The position numbers were made by a program, and so were the translations under genes. Shown here piece by piece: positions 52,700-64,000 of a DNA stretch of 64,000 nt (position 1 is the first letter of the stretch; each line of letters begins with the position of its first letter). The notes under the pieces were generated by a model. It was not told the DNA's origin, ran no database searches, and saw only the letters and a program-made list of their open reading frames with translations. Origin of the DNA: Octopus bimaculoides (taxonomy: Eukaryota); contig NC_068997.1 in assembly GCF_001194135.2 (NCBI RefSeq), positions 57,357,551 through 57,421,550 on the forward strand, written 5' to 3'.

Positions 52700-54910
52700 A
52701 AATCACATTCACTTAAAATTATTTCTAAGCGATTAAAATATTGTGTATGTCAAGAAGTAAATGTTTTTTTTTTCTTAGGGAGTAATAGACTGAAAGAGCG
52801 AAAACTATCTGTGTGTATGTGTCACAGATAGCGTACGTGTCATTCATTACATGTGTATTTTGTATGTGTGTCTGTACGTTGACGTCACGGAAGCCATGTC
52901 TTGTTTTTTTTCAAGAAATAACAAACAAATTTGTGTTTTATCATTTTCATTGATAAATAGAGGTCCAAATATCACGAAAATTTGTACTGCACTGCGTTAA
53001 GTAAATATTAAAATAAATATGTAAAAGAAATTAAGATAAAATGTGCTATTTCTGAGAAATTTCGGGTACACACAAACATCTTCTAGAGTTTTAGTATTAT
53101 TAAAATGATTAGCGAACATGCGCATGTATAAATGTCGATTTCCGTATTGGCACAGTATCGCACAATTTAGAAGAAGGAATTGTCGATGACATACACCTCA
53201 GAATTTAATTGTTTTCATAAGTTATAGACCGCAGACTGTAAAAATATTTTCGTTGATCTCGGCGGTATTTGTAATCCGAACGCAAATTACCGGAACTTAA
53301 CGCAGCAATTCTTCCAAGACAACAGCGTAGGATTTGGGAGAAATATTAATAAAACGATCAAAACGTACTTAACGGTCGTATGCAATATCGGAAAACTTTC
53401 AAAAACTATTAAAAGGCACTTCTGAATTTATGTATTCGTTTATCGAAAAAAAAAAAGGACTTTTTGTCGTGTTGGATCATTAAATCTCATAATTTAAATG
53501 TCATCAATAAATATCAAAACGGAAATATTAGGGTGTCGGACACACATAGTAATTTGAACATTAAATTCTATCAATATATAAAAATATATTTTGAAATATT
53601 AGACAACGTATAATTATATAAAACACTGATATTTAATATTCAATTTCAGATAAATAAAATCAAGTGTCCATAATGAGAAAGGATTTTAACTGGGTTCGAT
53701 TTTCTTCTAAAGTGAAATAGATGATAAACAAAGTCGGATTTCGTACGTTTGTTCTGATATGGCTTCTACCCTTACATACGACTTCTCTCATATATAAAAC
53801 TAAAAATAATTACATTATGGAAGAATAAGTTTAACGGTTTACGCTTCTATGAAGAATGTTGTAATCACTTTTCATTTATTTCTGTTTATGAAGTCTGTTA
53901 TGGTGTATAAAATATTTCGTTGCAGTTCTCCAATCTGGAAATTGTCACAATTCTGTTATATACTATATAGAATAGAGTTGTGAACTGTATCAGGCACCAG
54001 CTCACAGAAGTGCTACAAACAGTTCTATAATGAAAGAAACCTAAACTGAACATATCATTTTTTTCTATGTTTTTAAAAGAGAATTCCATGAAAGATTACT
54101 TAATTCTCAGCACACCTTTACAGACACAGATAAGGTTTCTTGCCACAAAAACACAATTCGAAAATACATAAACTTGAAACAAATATTTTCCCTATAAAAT
54201 CTGTTCATTCAATCAGTTTTTCTCCTGCTGTTACTTGTAAACTTTGGTTTCCATTCGTAGCTCCAAATTTTTACTCATTATTTTTCAGTGGAATCTCGTA
54301 ATAGTTGGGACAAATAAAACATAAGATCGCAACACAACACCAAGTGTTATACTGTCTCGTCAATGTTGGAGATACCCTTAGAAAAAACCCCATATCTGAT
54401 GAATTCATTAATATATTTTGAACATATGATATTGACTTTATCGAGTTCAGGAACCACAACATTGCGCTTTCATTTCGGCAAAAAGCATTAGGCCCTTTTA
54501 AGCTAAAAGTATGATCATTTTCAGTACCAGCTTTCCCAGCAATACTCTCTTTACTTTTTCCTTCAATTGTTCATTTTAATATGGGTGATATTTAAGGATG
54601 AACATTAAATCTGGAAAACTATGTCCGATACATCAACAGTATGAAGTTCGCGAACATATATATGTAGACTTTGCTTTTTATGAGCGTCGTCCTATTTAAA
54701 CCTGTACCCTCGAAAACATTTGTAAAAATACATGGAGCCTAACTGCTATTCTATTGTTGATGTCTTGCTTGAATTATTCTTCACTCTCAGATCAAAGGAA
54801 AGGAACACTACTGGTGGAACGCGGAAAAATTAGGAAACACTGATGTATAAAATTATATATTCAAAATTATGTATTGTAATTTCTGTGTGACCGACATAAT
54901 TTTCACAATG

Positions 54911-54929
54911 AGGGTTAGGGTTAGGGTTA
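54911..54929 (+). repeat. Interstitial telomeric-type repeat, about 3 units of TTAGGG
   Basis: agggttagggttagggtta. Confidence 0.85.
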
Positions 54930-54933
54930 TATA

Positions 54934-55545
54934 TACTAGCAGTAATACCCGTCGTTGATCGGGTAATTACTTTTACTGTTTCTCGGGAGCCATATTCAAA
55001 ATATTATTGTATATATAATTTACTCCTCCTGTTCGTGTGCATTTTTATAAGAGTAAAATATGTAATAATTGAAGTAGAAAAAAGATCAATTACATACATG
55101 AACTTCTGCTTGTTTATTATTTGACAATAAGTGAATTTTATGTGTTATTTTATTTATTAATACAGTAATGGCAATTATATAGTTTTGTTATAAGAGAAAA
55201 ACATGTAATAATTAAAAAAGTTTAAATTCATACATGAATCTGTTTGTTTATTATATGATAATAATAAGTGAGTTGTATGTGTTATTGTATTTATCAATGC
55301 AGTAATGGCAATTATATAATACAGTTCATTTAAACTGTGTGCGGTCAATGTTAGTGCTGAAATCTCGACGTTGTACTACCGTATTGGATGGCAAGGCAAC
55401 GATAAGTAATAGTCCAATGAAATCACAAATGCTGTGTCCTGTCAGTCAGGTTTACTCGTCCTGTACGTGTGCATTATATAAGAGAAAAATATGTAATAAT
55501 TGAAGTAGAAAAAAAGATGGATTTCATATAGGAACTTCTATATGT
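54934..55545 (+). mobile_element. Possible non-autonomous Helitron/Helentron-like element with internal ~140-bp repeats
   Basis: Starts tactagcag.. followed by hairpin tacccg-tcgttgat-cgggta, as recalled for HINE/DINE-like ends. The block ataagag.aaa..atgtaataatt recurs at about 55047, 55190 and 55478. Right end not defined. Confidence 0.5.
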
Positions 55546-56879
55546 TCTTCAAATTGCAATCCAGCAACTTTAGTTTTTGTCAATGAGTCTTTTTTATGCT
55601 CATGACAAAAGAAAGTGAGAGAGAAAACTATAAGGGCTTAAATTTGAATGGGACATTAGATGGCATAAATGGTATATGAGGAACGAAGACGGTGTCACGT
55701 TTACCACAGCCAGTGAGAATATTTACTTCAATGCAGCTCCTGCATTATATATATATATATATATATATACCGTGTATATATTATAATAATACTATGGAGA
55801 ATAAGGAGTAATTTGTTGGTAAATGAAGGGTTTCTGTTACTATATGAACTAAAAATAAATATTCCACCTGCTCGTTACTGTTCCTAATAACCTGGCATGC
55901 TATATTTAAATAAACATCTTATATTAGATCAAACTCGATTAAAACCAACATGAACTATTATCCTAACGAACTAATCTGAAAATCTAATTATCATTACAAT
56001 ATATTTGGTTTCTTAATTCATGCCTTAAATCAATATGTTGAACAGACAATCAGTTTCTTAATTTATAACCATTTAATCATTTAATTATAATCAAACAACG
56101 CCGCCTGCCAAATCAACAAAACAAAAACACCGAAGAATTATAAAAACAACAACAATAACAGCATCTCTAAAGTGAAAACAAGAGCAATAAATCTAATCCC
56201 AGCTACAGTCCACTGATCACATCTTGCTGGAATATAATCGATATAAATCAGTTCAATCTCTCTTAAACAAAGAAGATCAATGGCAGGGGAGTTATGTTTT
56301 CTTGCAACACACACACACACACACANNNNNNNNNNTACACAAACCACACACACACACACTCACGCTTATACAAAAACAAACATATCTTATGAATAATGTG
56401 TTGATGAGACACACTTGATAATTAGTCGATTAGGGAGAGAAATAACCAAATATTGTTTTAGTTGTTGCTATTGTTTAGGCGGACATATGACAGAACGACT
56501 AACGAATTTATGGTTAAAAGTTAAAAGTTGTGTTTCTAAACAGTTTATAAATGCCTAGATAGGCATAGGCAGCACAGTAGATATATAGAGAGACTAGATT
56601 GTAAAGCAGGTTTTCGACTGGATAAATGCGATAGCTGTTGGCTGAAGAGATGTTGGTTGTAACTAAGAATCGCTGTTAGTTTATTATAAACTAACATTCC
56701 TTTTGTAAGAAGTTGGGGCTAAAGGTTTTGCTTGGAAACTTCTTTTTCTTGGTGCAACTATCAAGAACATACCAAATGACTAAATTCCATTTATCTATGA
56801 ACTAAATTCGTTGTCGATAGACTAGGTCCTTTGTTGGTATTGTATGTGTTTGTGTGGACAGAAACAAAATGCAGTTCAA

Positions 56880-57140
56880 TGAGGAAAATTTGAACTCATT
56901 TACTATGGAAGAAAGACTGCTCGCAGATAAACATATTCTCTCCTTCTGAGGAACTACTTACAGAATCCATTAATATCAGGTATTTCAGAGTGATTGCTGT
57001 CAACAATCTCAGTTGAAGGGCCCACATTAACAATAAAATCGATGTAGTTCGCAGGCTGAGCTCCTGGATCTTCAGAACTTTCCTTTCCAGAGAGCAAAAT
57101 GTTACCATTCCCATCTTGTCCTTTGTACGGCCACACCTAT
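56880..57140 (-). mobile_element. LINE AP-endonuclease N-terminal remnant (RTE-like)
   Basis: Frameshifted reading GVAVQRTRWE / GNGNILLSGKESSED...YIDFIVNVGPSTEIVD resembles APE +A.+QETRW.G.G...L.YSG......GVGFIV.....IV. Confidence 0.55.
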
Positions 57141-57514
57141 AATACTACGGCCCCACACCAAACAAAGCTTTACGAGAATTGAGTAAACCCAGAGTGTATT
57201 GGCTAAAAAAATAAAGAGCATGACTGATCGTAATTATTGAGATTATCGATTATTAAAATATCAAAACTTCTTCAACGCCAACGTGAGCGCAACATCACTT
57301 TCACAATGTGGAGAATATGCCACCAGCATTGCTTAAGTGACCTTAACATTAGATTAAGAATTTATTATAAGCCTGGGGCCACATGCCATACGACCCCTGC
57401 ACAATTCACGCTCGCAACACATAAATTCGCTGCAACACAATTTCTTTTCCGCAATAGGCTCCGCTCTAATTAATATTACCCCAAAACAAAAAAGAAAAAA
57501 AAGAAAAAGAAAAA

Positions 57515-57640
57515 GATCCCATCACTTTCAAACGAAACCTGGGCAAATTTCCTCTAGCGATACCAGATAGGCCACCTATACCTGGATACATTTCAGTCAA
57601 CACCAATAACTCTCGGCTTGAATGAGCCATGATACCGTAA
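57515..57640 (+). mobile_element. CR1-type LINE extreme C-terminal fragment (different subfamily)
   Basis: DPITFKRNLGKFPLAIPDRPPIPGYISVNTNNSRLE* parallels the FK..LD.FL..IPD.P.....NSL terminus of the 51 kb element. Confidence 0.65.
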
Positions 57641-58299
57641 AGCGTGACTTGAAAATTACTGAATAGATCCTATCACATGTTTTATCAAGCTAGACATAAC
57701 CTGGGCCAATCTTTGGGCGAAACATATCTGAGTTATCGAGATTATATACGTACACGCACGCACGCACACACACACACACACACACACTTGTGTATGTGTG
57801 TGTGTTTTGAAGCTACTAATGAAATACTTCAATACAAATATCTCTTATAAATGGTTTCTTAGCAAAATACACGCTGATAGTTGATAGCAATCCCCTAACC
57901 ACTTCCGAATTGAAAGCCGGGAAGTTTCGATGATAGATCGCGGAGAAAAGCTTTGATGTATTGCATGTCATTGTCATTTGAAAGGAATTTCCAAAAGCAT
58001 GTAATGAATAGTATGTTAGTGTGTGTGAGAGAATGTACGTTGTGTGTAGGTGTGTGTGCGAAGGTGCATTGTGTATGCGTGTTATGTGTTATGTTATGTG
58101 CGTGGTATGTTATGTATGTGACTGTGCTTTGCGAGTGTTTGTGTGGGGGGGATGTACATTGAATGTGTCTGTGACTGTTCGTTATGCATGTATGTGTGTG
58201 TATGTGTGTGTGAATGCGTTGTGTGTACGTATGTTTGTGAAAATGTGTATGTGAGTGTGTTTGAATGTGTGCTAATGTGTATGTGTGTGTCGATGTACG

Positions 58300-58334
<35 letters not shown>

Positions 58335-58629
58335 TATGAATTACATAAATCATTCCGTATTGCTGACGACGTAAAGCCAATCGCTATAATTGGCGGTGAA
58401 TCTCAAAGTTTAGCTGATGAAATGAGATTATGTTGTGTTGCGTAGTTGCTGTGAGATCCTGCCTTGATAAGGGAAATAAAGAAAGTAACAAGGTTGCCTT
58501 TAGAGAACAATATTACAAAAGCGTCCATATAGGATATGGTAGAATCCTTAAAGTATCTGAATTGTAATATTTAGTCACAGTTATTTACGTTTCAAGTTCA
58601 AATCCCGTCCATATCATCTTCGTATACAG

Positions 58630-58830
58630 TTATATGACTATACATTCTACAGAGTCTTCTATTTCTCTACAAGAATAACATACAGGTTGGCCAATCCAGT
58701 CTAATATCTTTAGTGTCACTATTTGTCTCATTCTGTGGTAATCATAATTTCCACAGTTTGTAGTCCGACTTTCAGGGATATTTCCTGTATAAATTGACCA
58801 ACTGCATATCGGCATCTTTCCTTAACGGCA
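58630..58830 (-). mobile_element. Possible decayed RTE RT (domain 1-2) remnant
   Basis: LVNLYRK / TNCGNYDYHRMRQIVTLKILDWI resembles V.LYKK...DCGNYRGI.L+S..LKI...I. Confidence 0.35.
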
Positions 58831-59439
58831 TCCAATTGAAAAAAAAAAAAAAAATTAACTATTGTTTTGCAATTAATGATACCATCAAATCAATGGCTTA
58901 TTTGTTTTCAGAATCTTATATTTTCTAAAACGTCTTCTGTTCAGAGTTAAAGACCATAGGATAAATGAAATAAAATGAAAATACATGAATTTTAAAATTA
59001 TATACCAATTTCTCGGGAAAAGATTCATAAAACTAAAGATATAATTTCGTATAACTAAAGATATATAAAATGATTCACCTCGAAATTTAGTTTTCGAAAT
59101 GTCAATATTTATTTTAGTGACACATTTTTATTCCAATTTGTTCTACATTTGGAAATGTTTGGAATGTCATATTTAATGACATTACTTTCTTTACTTATAT
59201 TCATATTTAACTGTGTCTGATTTCAGTGAAAAAAAATTGTTGGAAACAATACACGAAATTAAATAAACCTACAACGAAGGAGAAGCAGAATGTAAGTTTA
59301 CTGCGCTGTTGATTACAGTGATACGAGTTCGAATTTTAAGATAACTGTTCTCTTTTCTTTCGTGAACAGAGTTGGTTGTTTTAGTCGGCATGACAAACCA
59401 AAACCACCAACATTTGTTGACTATTGAATGTATTACCCC

Positions 59440-59990
59440 TAAATGATAAGTATCTTAGCTGCCACTAATAACAATGTTATCAGGAGCTAGACTAAACTAG
59501 GTTTTATGCCTATTTCCTGTATCCACCTGTTCAAATCTTTAGGGATACTTTCTAATGCACCTATAACTACAGGGATATATATTATCCGCACTTTCCATAG
59601 CCTCTGTAATTCAATCGCTATGTCCTGGCACCTTGTTATTTACTCTATACCTCTCGTATTGACGTTTTCATAATTTGAAACTGTAAAATTCATTACCTGG
59701 CACTTTCTATTCTCTTTGTCTACAAGTAAACAAATCAACCTCTTAGCTTCTATCACTCTGTCAGTCTGAATGTTTAAAGTCCCACAACATCTTATATTTC
59801 TTACTTTCTAGTATTTTACTAGGTTCAGGTTCATACAACTTATCAGTTTGTTCAAACCGCGATCTCTACATATCTCCCAGTGGATTATTCTCCCTATTCT
59901 TGTATTCTTTCTGTGCCAACATACTACATTTACATATATGGTTAACACTTTTTTCCTCTTTTGTTCTACATAACTTGCATTGACTTTTGT
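59440..59990 (-). mobile_element. R4/Dong-like RLE LINE fragment: CCHC zinc knuckle plus restriction-like endonuclease
   Basis: CKLCRTKEEKSVNHICKCSMLAQKEYK...KILESKKYKMLWDF / IQTDRVIEAKR..LVDKENRKC...QDIAIELQRLWKVRIIYIPVVIGALESIPKDL...IG. Stops and frameshifts present. Confidence 0.9.
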
Positions 59991-60019
59991 CTATATTTTC
60001 CCGTCAATGCTCTGTTCTC

Positions 60020-60260
60020 ATTGATCTTCAATGCCATCCTTTCTGCCACAATCGTACCGGCAGACAATCTGACAGGGCCCCACTTGTAAGGTCATGCGCT
60101 GTTTACCTTGAGATGAGATCACCATATCGCGCTCATATGGTTGCGAGGCGTGTGTCTGGCGTTCACTTATCAGACGAGTAGTCATGAAGGGTATATTGGG
60201 ATGTGCAAATTTGTACCCCACTGTTACTTTGATGGCATGCGCTGCTCTCTCACTCGATAA
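60020..60260 (+). mobile_element. Possible RTE/RTE-X C-terminal remnant
   Basis: Fragmentary readings GHA / DEITISR / IW...AFTY resemble RL.F.GHC.R.KDE+IS.L+LW...GRP..TY. Confidence 0.4.
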
Positions 60261-62789
60261 TAATACCAATAAACAGCAAGGATTATAAAGAATGTGTCAA
60301 GCACTTGACAGACTGCTGAAAACTTGTAGATATCTATTGTTACAGGTAGTAACCCGCTACCCACATAAACCCTACCAGGGAAAAAAAACTGATCCTGAGG
60401 CAAACCAAAATAATAGAATACATTTTAAAATTTCAGCCCAAGACTAGCAACTTTATGTTGTTATTGGTCAGATTGCCCTCAATGGGTAACTGTTACATTT
60501 TTCATTGATCCTAAAATGATGAAAGACAACGTTGCCATCTTTGGGATTTGAATTAGGAACAGTAAGAATGGGAACAGATCCTGCCTAACAATCAAACAAT
60601 CTGCCATCTCCGTCCAACCAATGAAAATAATAAGAATATTAGGAATGAAAAATAGGAGAGAAAGAGAGAAATGTTCGAAAATGTTAAAAAAGAAGAAATG
60701 TAAAAAAGAGGGCGAACAAGAAAGTGTGAAGAAAGATGGAAAAAAAAAGTATAGAAGATGAAAAATATGAAAGATAAAGAAAAGACGTGGATGAAATTGA
60801 TGTAATCAATGAAGAATGACATAAACAAAAGCCATAAATACATGAAAAATAAGAATGGAGACGACGAAGACAATCAGCAGCAATGTGATAACACTACGTC
60901 TTCCGTCACCTCTTTTACCACTTTATACAACATAACTGATCTAGATTCCCTTTTAACAATATGACATAAAGAAACGGCATTTTACTTAGTTCTGATGAAT
61001 TAACAGGGAAAATGTGATTCATTAACTGTGTATGTGTTTGTGACGGTCAAAGCTAGGTCATCCGTATGTCTTGACACCGTCTCGGAAATCTAATATCTCT
61101 TTCTTTACTTATGACATATGTTAATGGCACATTAACAATGTAAACATCGTCTCTCTTTCAATGGCCATAACCATTTTATCTCAATATTGATATGGCCAAA
61201 CGTTTTTGTTCTCAGGTTTACTACTGGCTAATACAGTGATCGACATTTATAGAATCTTTGCCAATAGCTGCCCTGGAAATAATATTTATTTTCGAAATTT
61301 TGATAACATCCTTTCAGAATACAGCGTCTACATTAGTTTTGAAATATTTCTTTTATAAACAATGGGAAAGATTAGATTGAATGTATAAATAAATATACCA
61401 ATTAAATAAATCATTAATGGTGTAAATAAAAATATGCTACTATTTCTATGAGTTCTTTTGCAGAAATATTTCAAAATGAAATTTCCTACTTTCTGTTCTT
61501 AGTTTGGACAGTCGATTTGTTAAAGGTATGAGAAAGTTTGATAGTTTTTTTTGTTTTCTTTTTACTCAATACTGATTTAGCAGATCGATGACTAAACGTA
61601 TATCGTTTAAAAAGTAATCTACTGTCTGCTGCTGTTCTCCTTTTACACTTTCAACTACATTTCCACGACCATCATCATTATTATTATCATCATTGTAGTA
61701 AGTAACGTTACCACCATCATCATCTGCAGCGATAGATTTAACTCTGTAAGATTTTGAAAACACTAACATGGGGCATGAGTGGTTTTAGGGGTACCAACTC
61801 TGTTGCAAATTTATGCGGAATAAGGATAAGATTATCCTTTGATCGTCGCAAAACTTGGAGACTGAAAGGGGATCCTGCTCGCTGCTATTTCCTCTGATTG
61901 AAGCGTTTGGAAAATAAATCGCAAACAACAAAGCATTTTCAGTGATGTTACCTTTGGAAATATTTCAGGGAAAATGAAAATAAAATAAAAGAAGAACATA
62001 AGGACATTAAGTTCTGTATTCGTTGTCAATAATACATATCAAGTTAGTCGTTAATAAAACGCAGTTTTTCTCGTTGGCTCTTAAATACTTCGAGGATATA
62101 GATAAGCGAAACGTTAACGTATATACGAATCAGCAACAGTCAAGATCGATTCTAGTTCACAGTTCTTGCTACACTATTTTCATTGGCAAGGAATAGATGA
62201 ATTACTAATGGTGTCGAAATTGGAGAAATACCATTTAACAAAGTGGCCAACTCCTGCTGCATACTGCCCGTTTCAGATATGTAAATATTGCATCACGTAG
62301 AATAGAGAGTCTTTATACAGAATTGAGAATTCTCATTAAAATAATATAATTAATAGATGTATTACATAACAAACTTTTGTCAAGAGAAAGAATTCTGTAG
62401 ACAAAATAATTTAAAAGCTATTCAAGCGATCATTTCCTGCCACCATTAAACTTCGCATGCAAGATGGAGTTTCTATTGAAGTCTTTTGTTGGTAAAACTC
62501 TTATAAACGTTGGCCGGTTTTCAATTTTAGCAGACATGGTTTTTGTATTGTATTACTTGCACATTTTCATTTCAATTATTTTTCGAATTGACTACAAACA
62601 GCACAAAAATAGCTGAATTCTTTTGTATACCGCAGACACACATATCTAAATGTTTATTTGCATATTACATACATGCGGTCAGACATGCATACACAGTAAA
62701 TACGAGGAAGATAGTATCCTGCAGAGCAGGTTGCAGGTAGCATAGCTTATACATGTGTGTGTGTGTGTGTATGCATCTACATAAAATAT

Positions 62790-62940
62790 ATATTCATATC
62801 TATATCTATCTATCTATCTATCTATCGATCTATCTATCTATCTATCTATCGATCGATCCATCGATAGATAGATAGATTGACAGAAAGATAGTTAGATAGA
62901 TAGATAGATAAATATACAGATAAATAGACAGATAAATAGA
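62790..62940. repeat. Head-to-head (TATC)n/(GATA)n microsatellite forming an imperfect palindrome
   Basis: The tatc run switches to a gata run across atcgatcgatccatcgat at about 62850-62865. Confidence 0.85.
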
Positions 62941-64000
62941 TGTATGTACATACTCACGCGTAGTGCGTACGGCAACTCATTGCAGTAAAATGCAATTTAT
63001 AAGATCTGTGAAAACTAATAAACCACAACGATGAGAAAGAAATCAAAGTTATCCAAAAACTTATGAAATGAGAATTTCATAGAAAGTGGGTTTTCTTGCA
63101 GATTCAGTTTACAACGTTTTAATGGCAGACGGCGTGACTAAGATTGGTAGATATTTACACGGGTAGAGGTGAGAAAACAAATAACGATTTAGATGGATAG
63201 GCAAATTGACAGCCATGGAGATAATTACCAGATCGGGTAACTGAACGGACGAAGAAATGGATAGGTCACACAAGTACGGATAATCTTATGAATGAACGAG
63301 TACATATCTAAATATGTAGACAAAATGTCAGAAAATATATTGGTAGGCCTATACGAAGATATTCAATTGGTTGGCTAGATACGTTAATTTATACATAGAC
63401 AGGATGACAAATTAAATATCTCACCTAAAATTTCAAAAATGCTTAAACTCGAAGCATTTTATATATTTTCAAATTTCTGAACTTGATTTGTAAAGCGAGT
63501 GAAATTATTTTTCTGTGGAAGCTTCTTTCTTTCTGATTTGTCTGAGAAATCCTATTTGTTCACGAAACATCTTGAGACAGTTTATGAGCTGCGCATCATT
63601 AAATGTCAGATGCAGTATTTAAGACAAAATATTACCCTGTAGAAGTAATAAAAACAAATCTCTCGCTCCCCCTCTTCCACTCTCTCTGTCACTATGTAAA
63701 AACACACAGATACGCATACATTTTAACAATACTTTCTCTCACACCCAATCAAACGCAAATATAATCTCACTCACTCAAATGCACATATAGAGTCACACAC
63801 GGAAATACTGCGATTATCAGTTGTTATAAAGGATACATCTAGATAGCACTAGTTATAGTGACATATTGATTATTATATAATTAGAATGTGTTTCATTTAG
63901 TTTCTTAATTCTTTAAACTCAGCAAATCTTTATACAATTGTTGAGGAAGGAACGTGATAACTTGTTCACAACAACAATGGACTAAACCTATTCTTTTCTA

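Noticed and set aside
56954-57136. Exon-like minus ORF VWPYKGQDGNGNILLSG... with good AG and GTAAGT sites
   Set aside because: Adjacent frames supply AVQRTRW, and the whole reads as a frameshifted LINE AP-endonuclease N-terminus.
58366-58420. ctgacga...gccaat/attggc hairpin...gaa resembling a hammerhead ribozyme
   Set aside because: GAAA is not intact and stems I and III cannot be formed.

Overview
Eukaryotic, very AT-rich, microsatellite-dense genomic DNA from a gapped assembly (N runs at 10828-11412, 19370-19725, 24958-24967, 31561-31744, 44726-44817, 51377-52355, 56326-56335). The composition and SINE families resemble an octopus/cephalopod genome; this is an inference from recalled repeat families, not a database result. 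I find no host protein-coding exon that I can support, and no rRNA, true tRNA or CRISPR array. The ORF-track entries I could interpret are microsatellite read-throughs, N-gap artefacts, or sense/antisense frames of decayed transposons. The window is a transposon graveyard: one well-preserved 5'-truncated CR1-type LINE, one decayed mariner, five separate 3' fragments of R4/Dong-like restriction-endonuclease (RLE) LINEs, RTE and Penelope-like remnants, a probable maT-type Tc1/mariner end, many tRNA-derived SINE copies and several unclassified structured repeats. The most interesting items are: a telomeric-repeat insert flanked by a 12-bp duplication at a LINE 5' junction; a miniature LTR-PPT-LTR structure; an unclassified MITE with ~95-bp TIRs; and a CR1 3' stem-loop apparently shared with SINE tails. 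I do not see evidence for a novel gene system. Coordinates of decayed elements are approximate, and all protein-family calls come from manual translation and motif recall.
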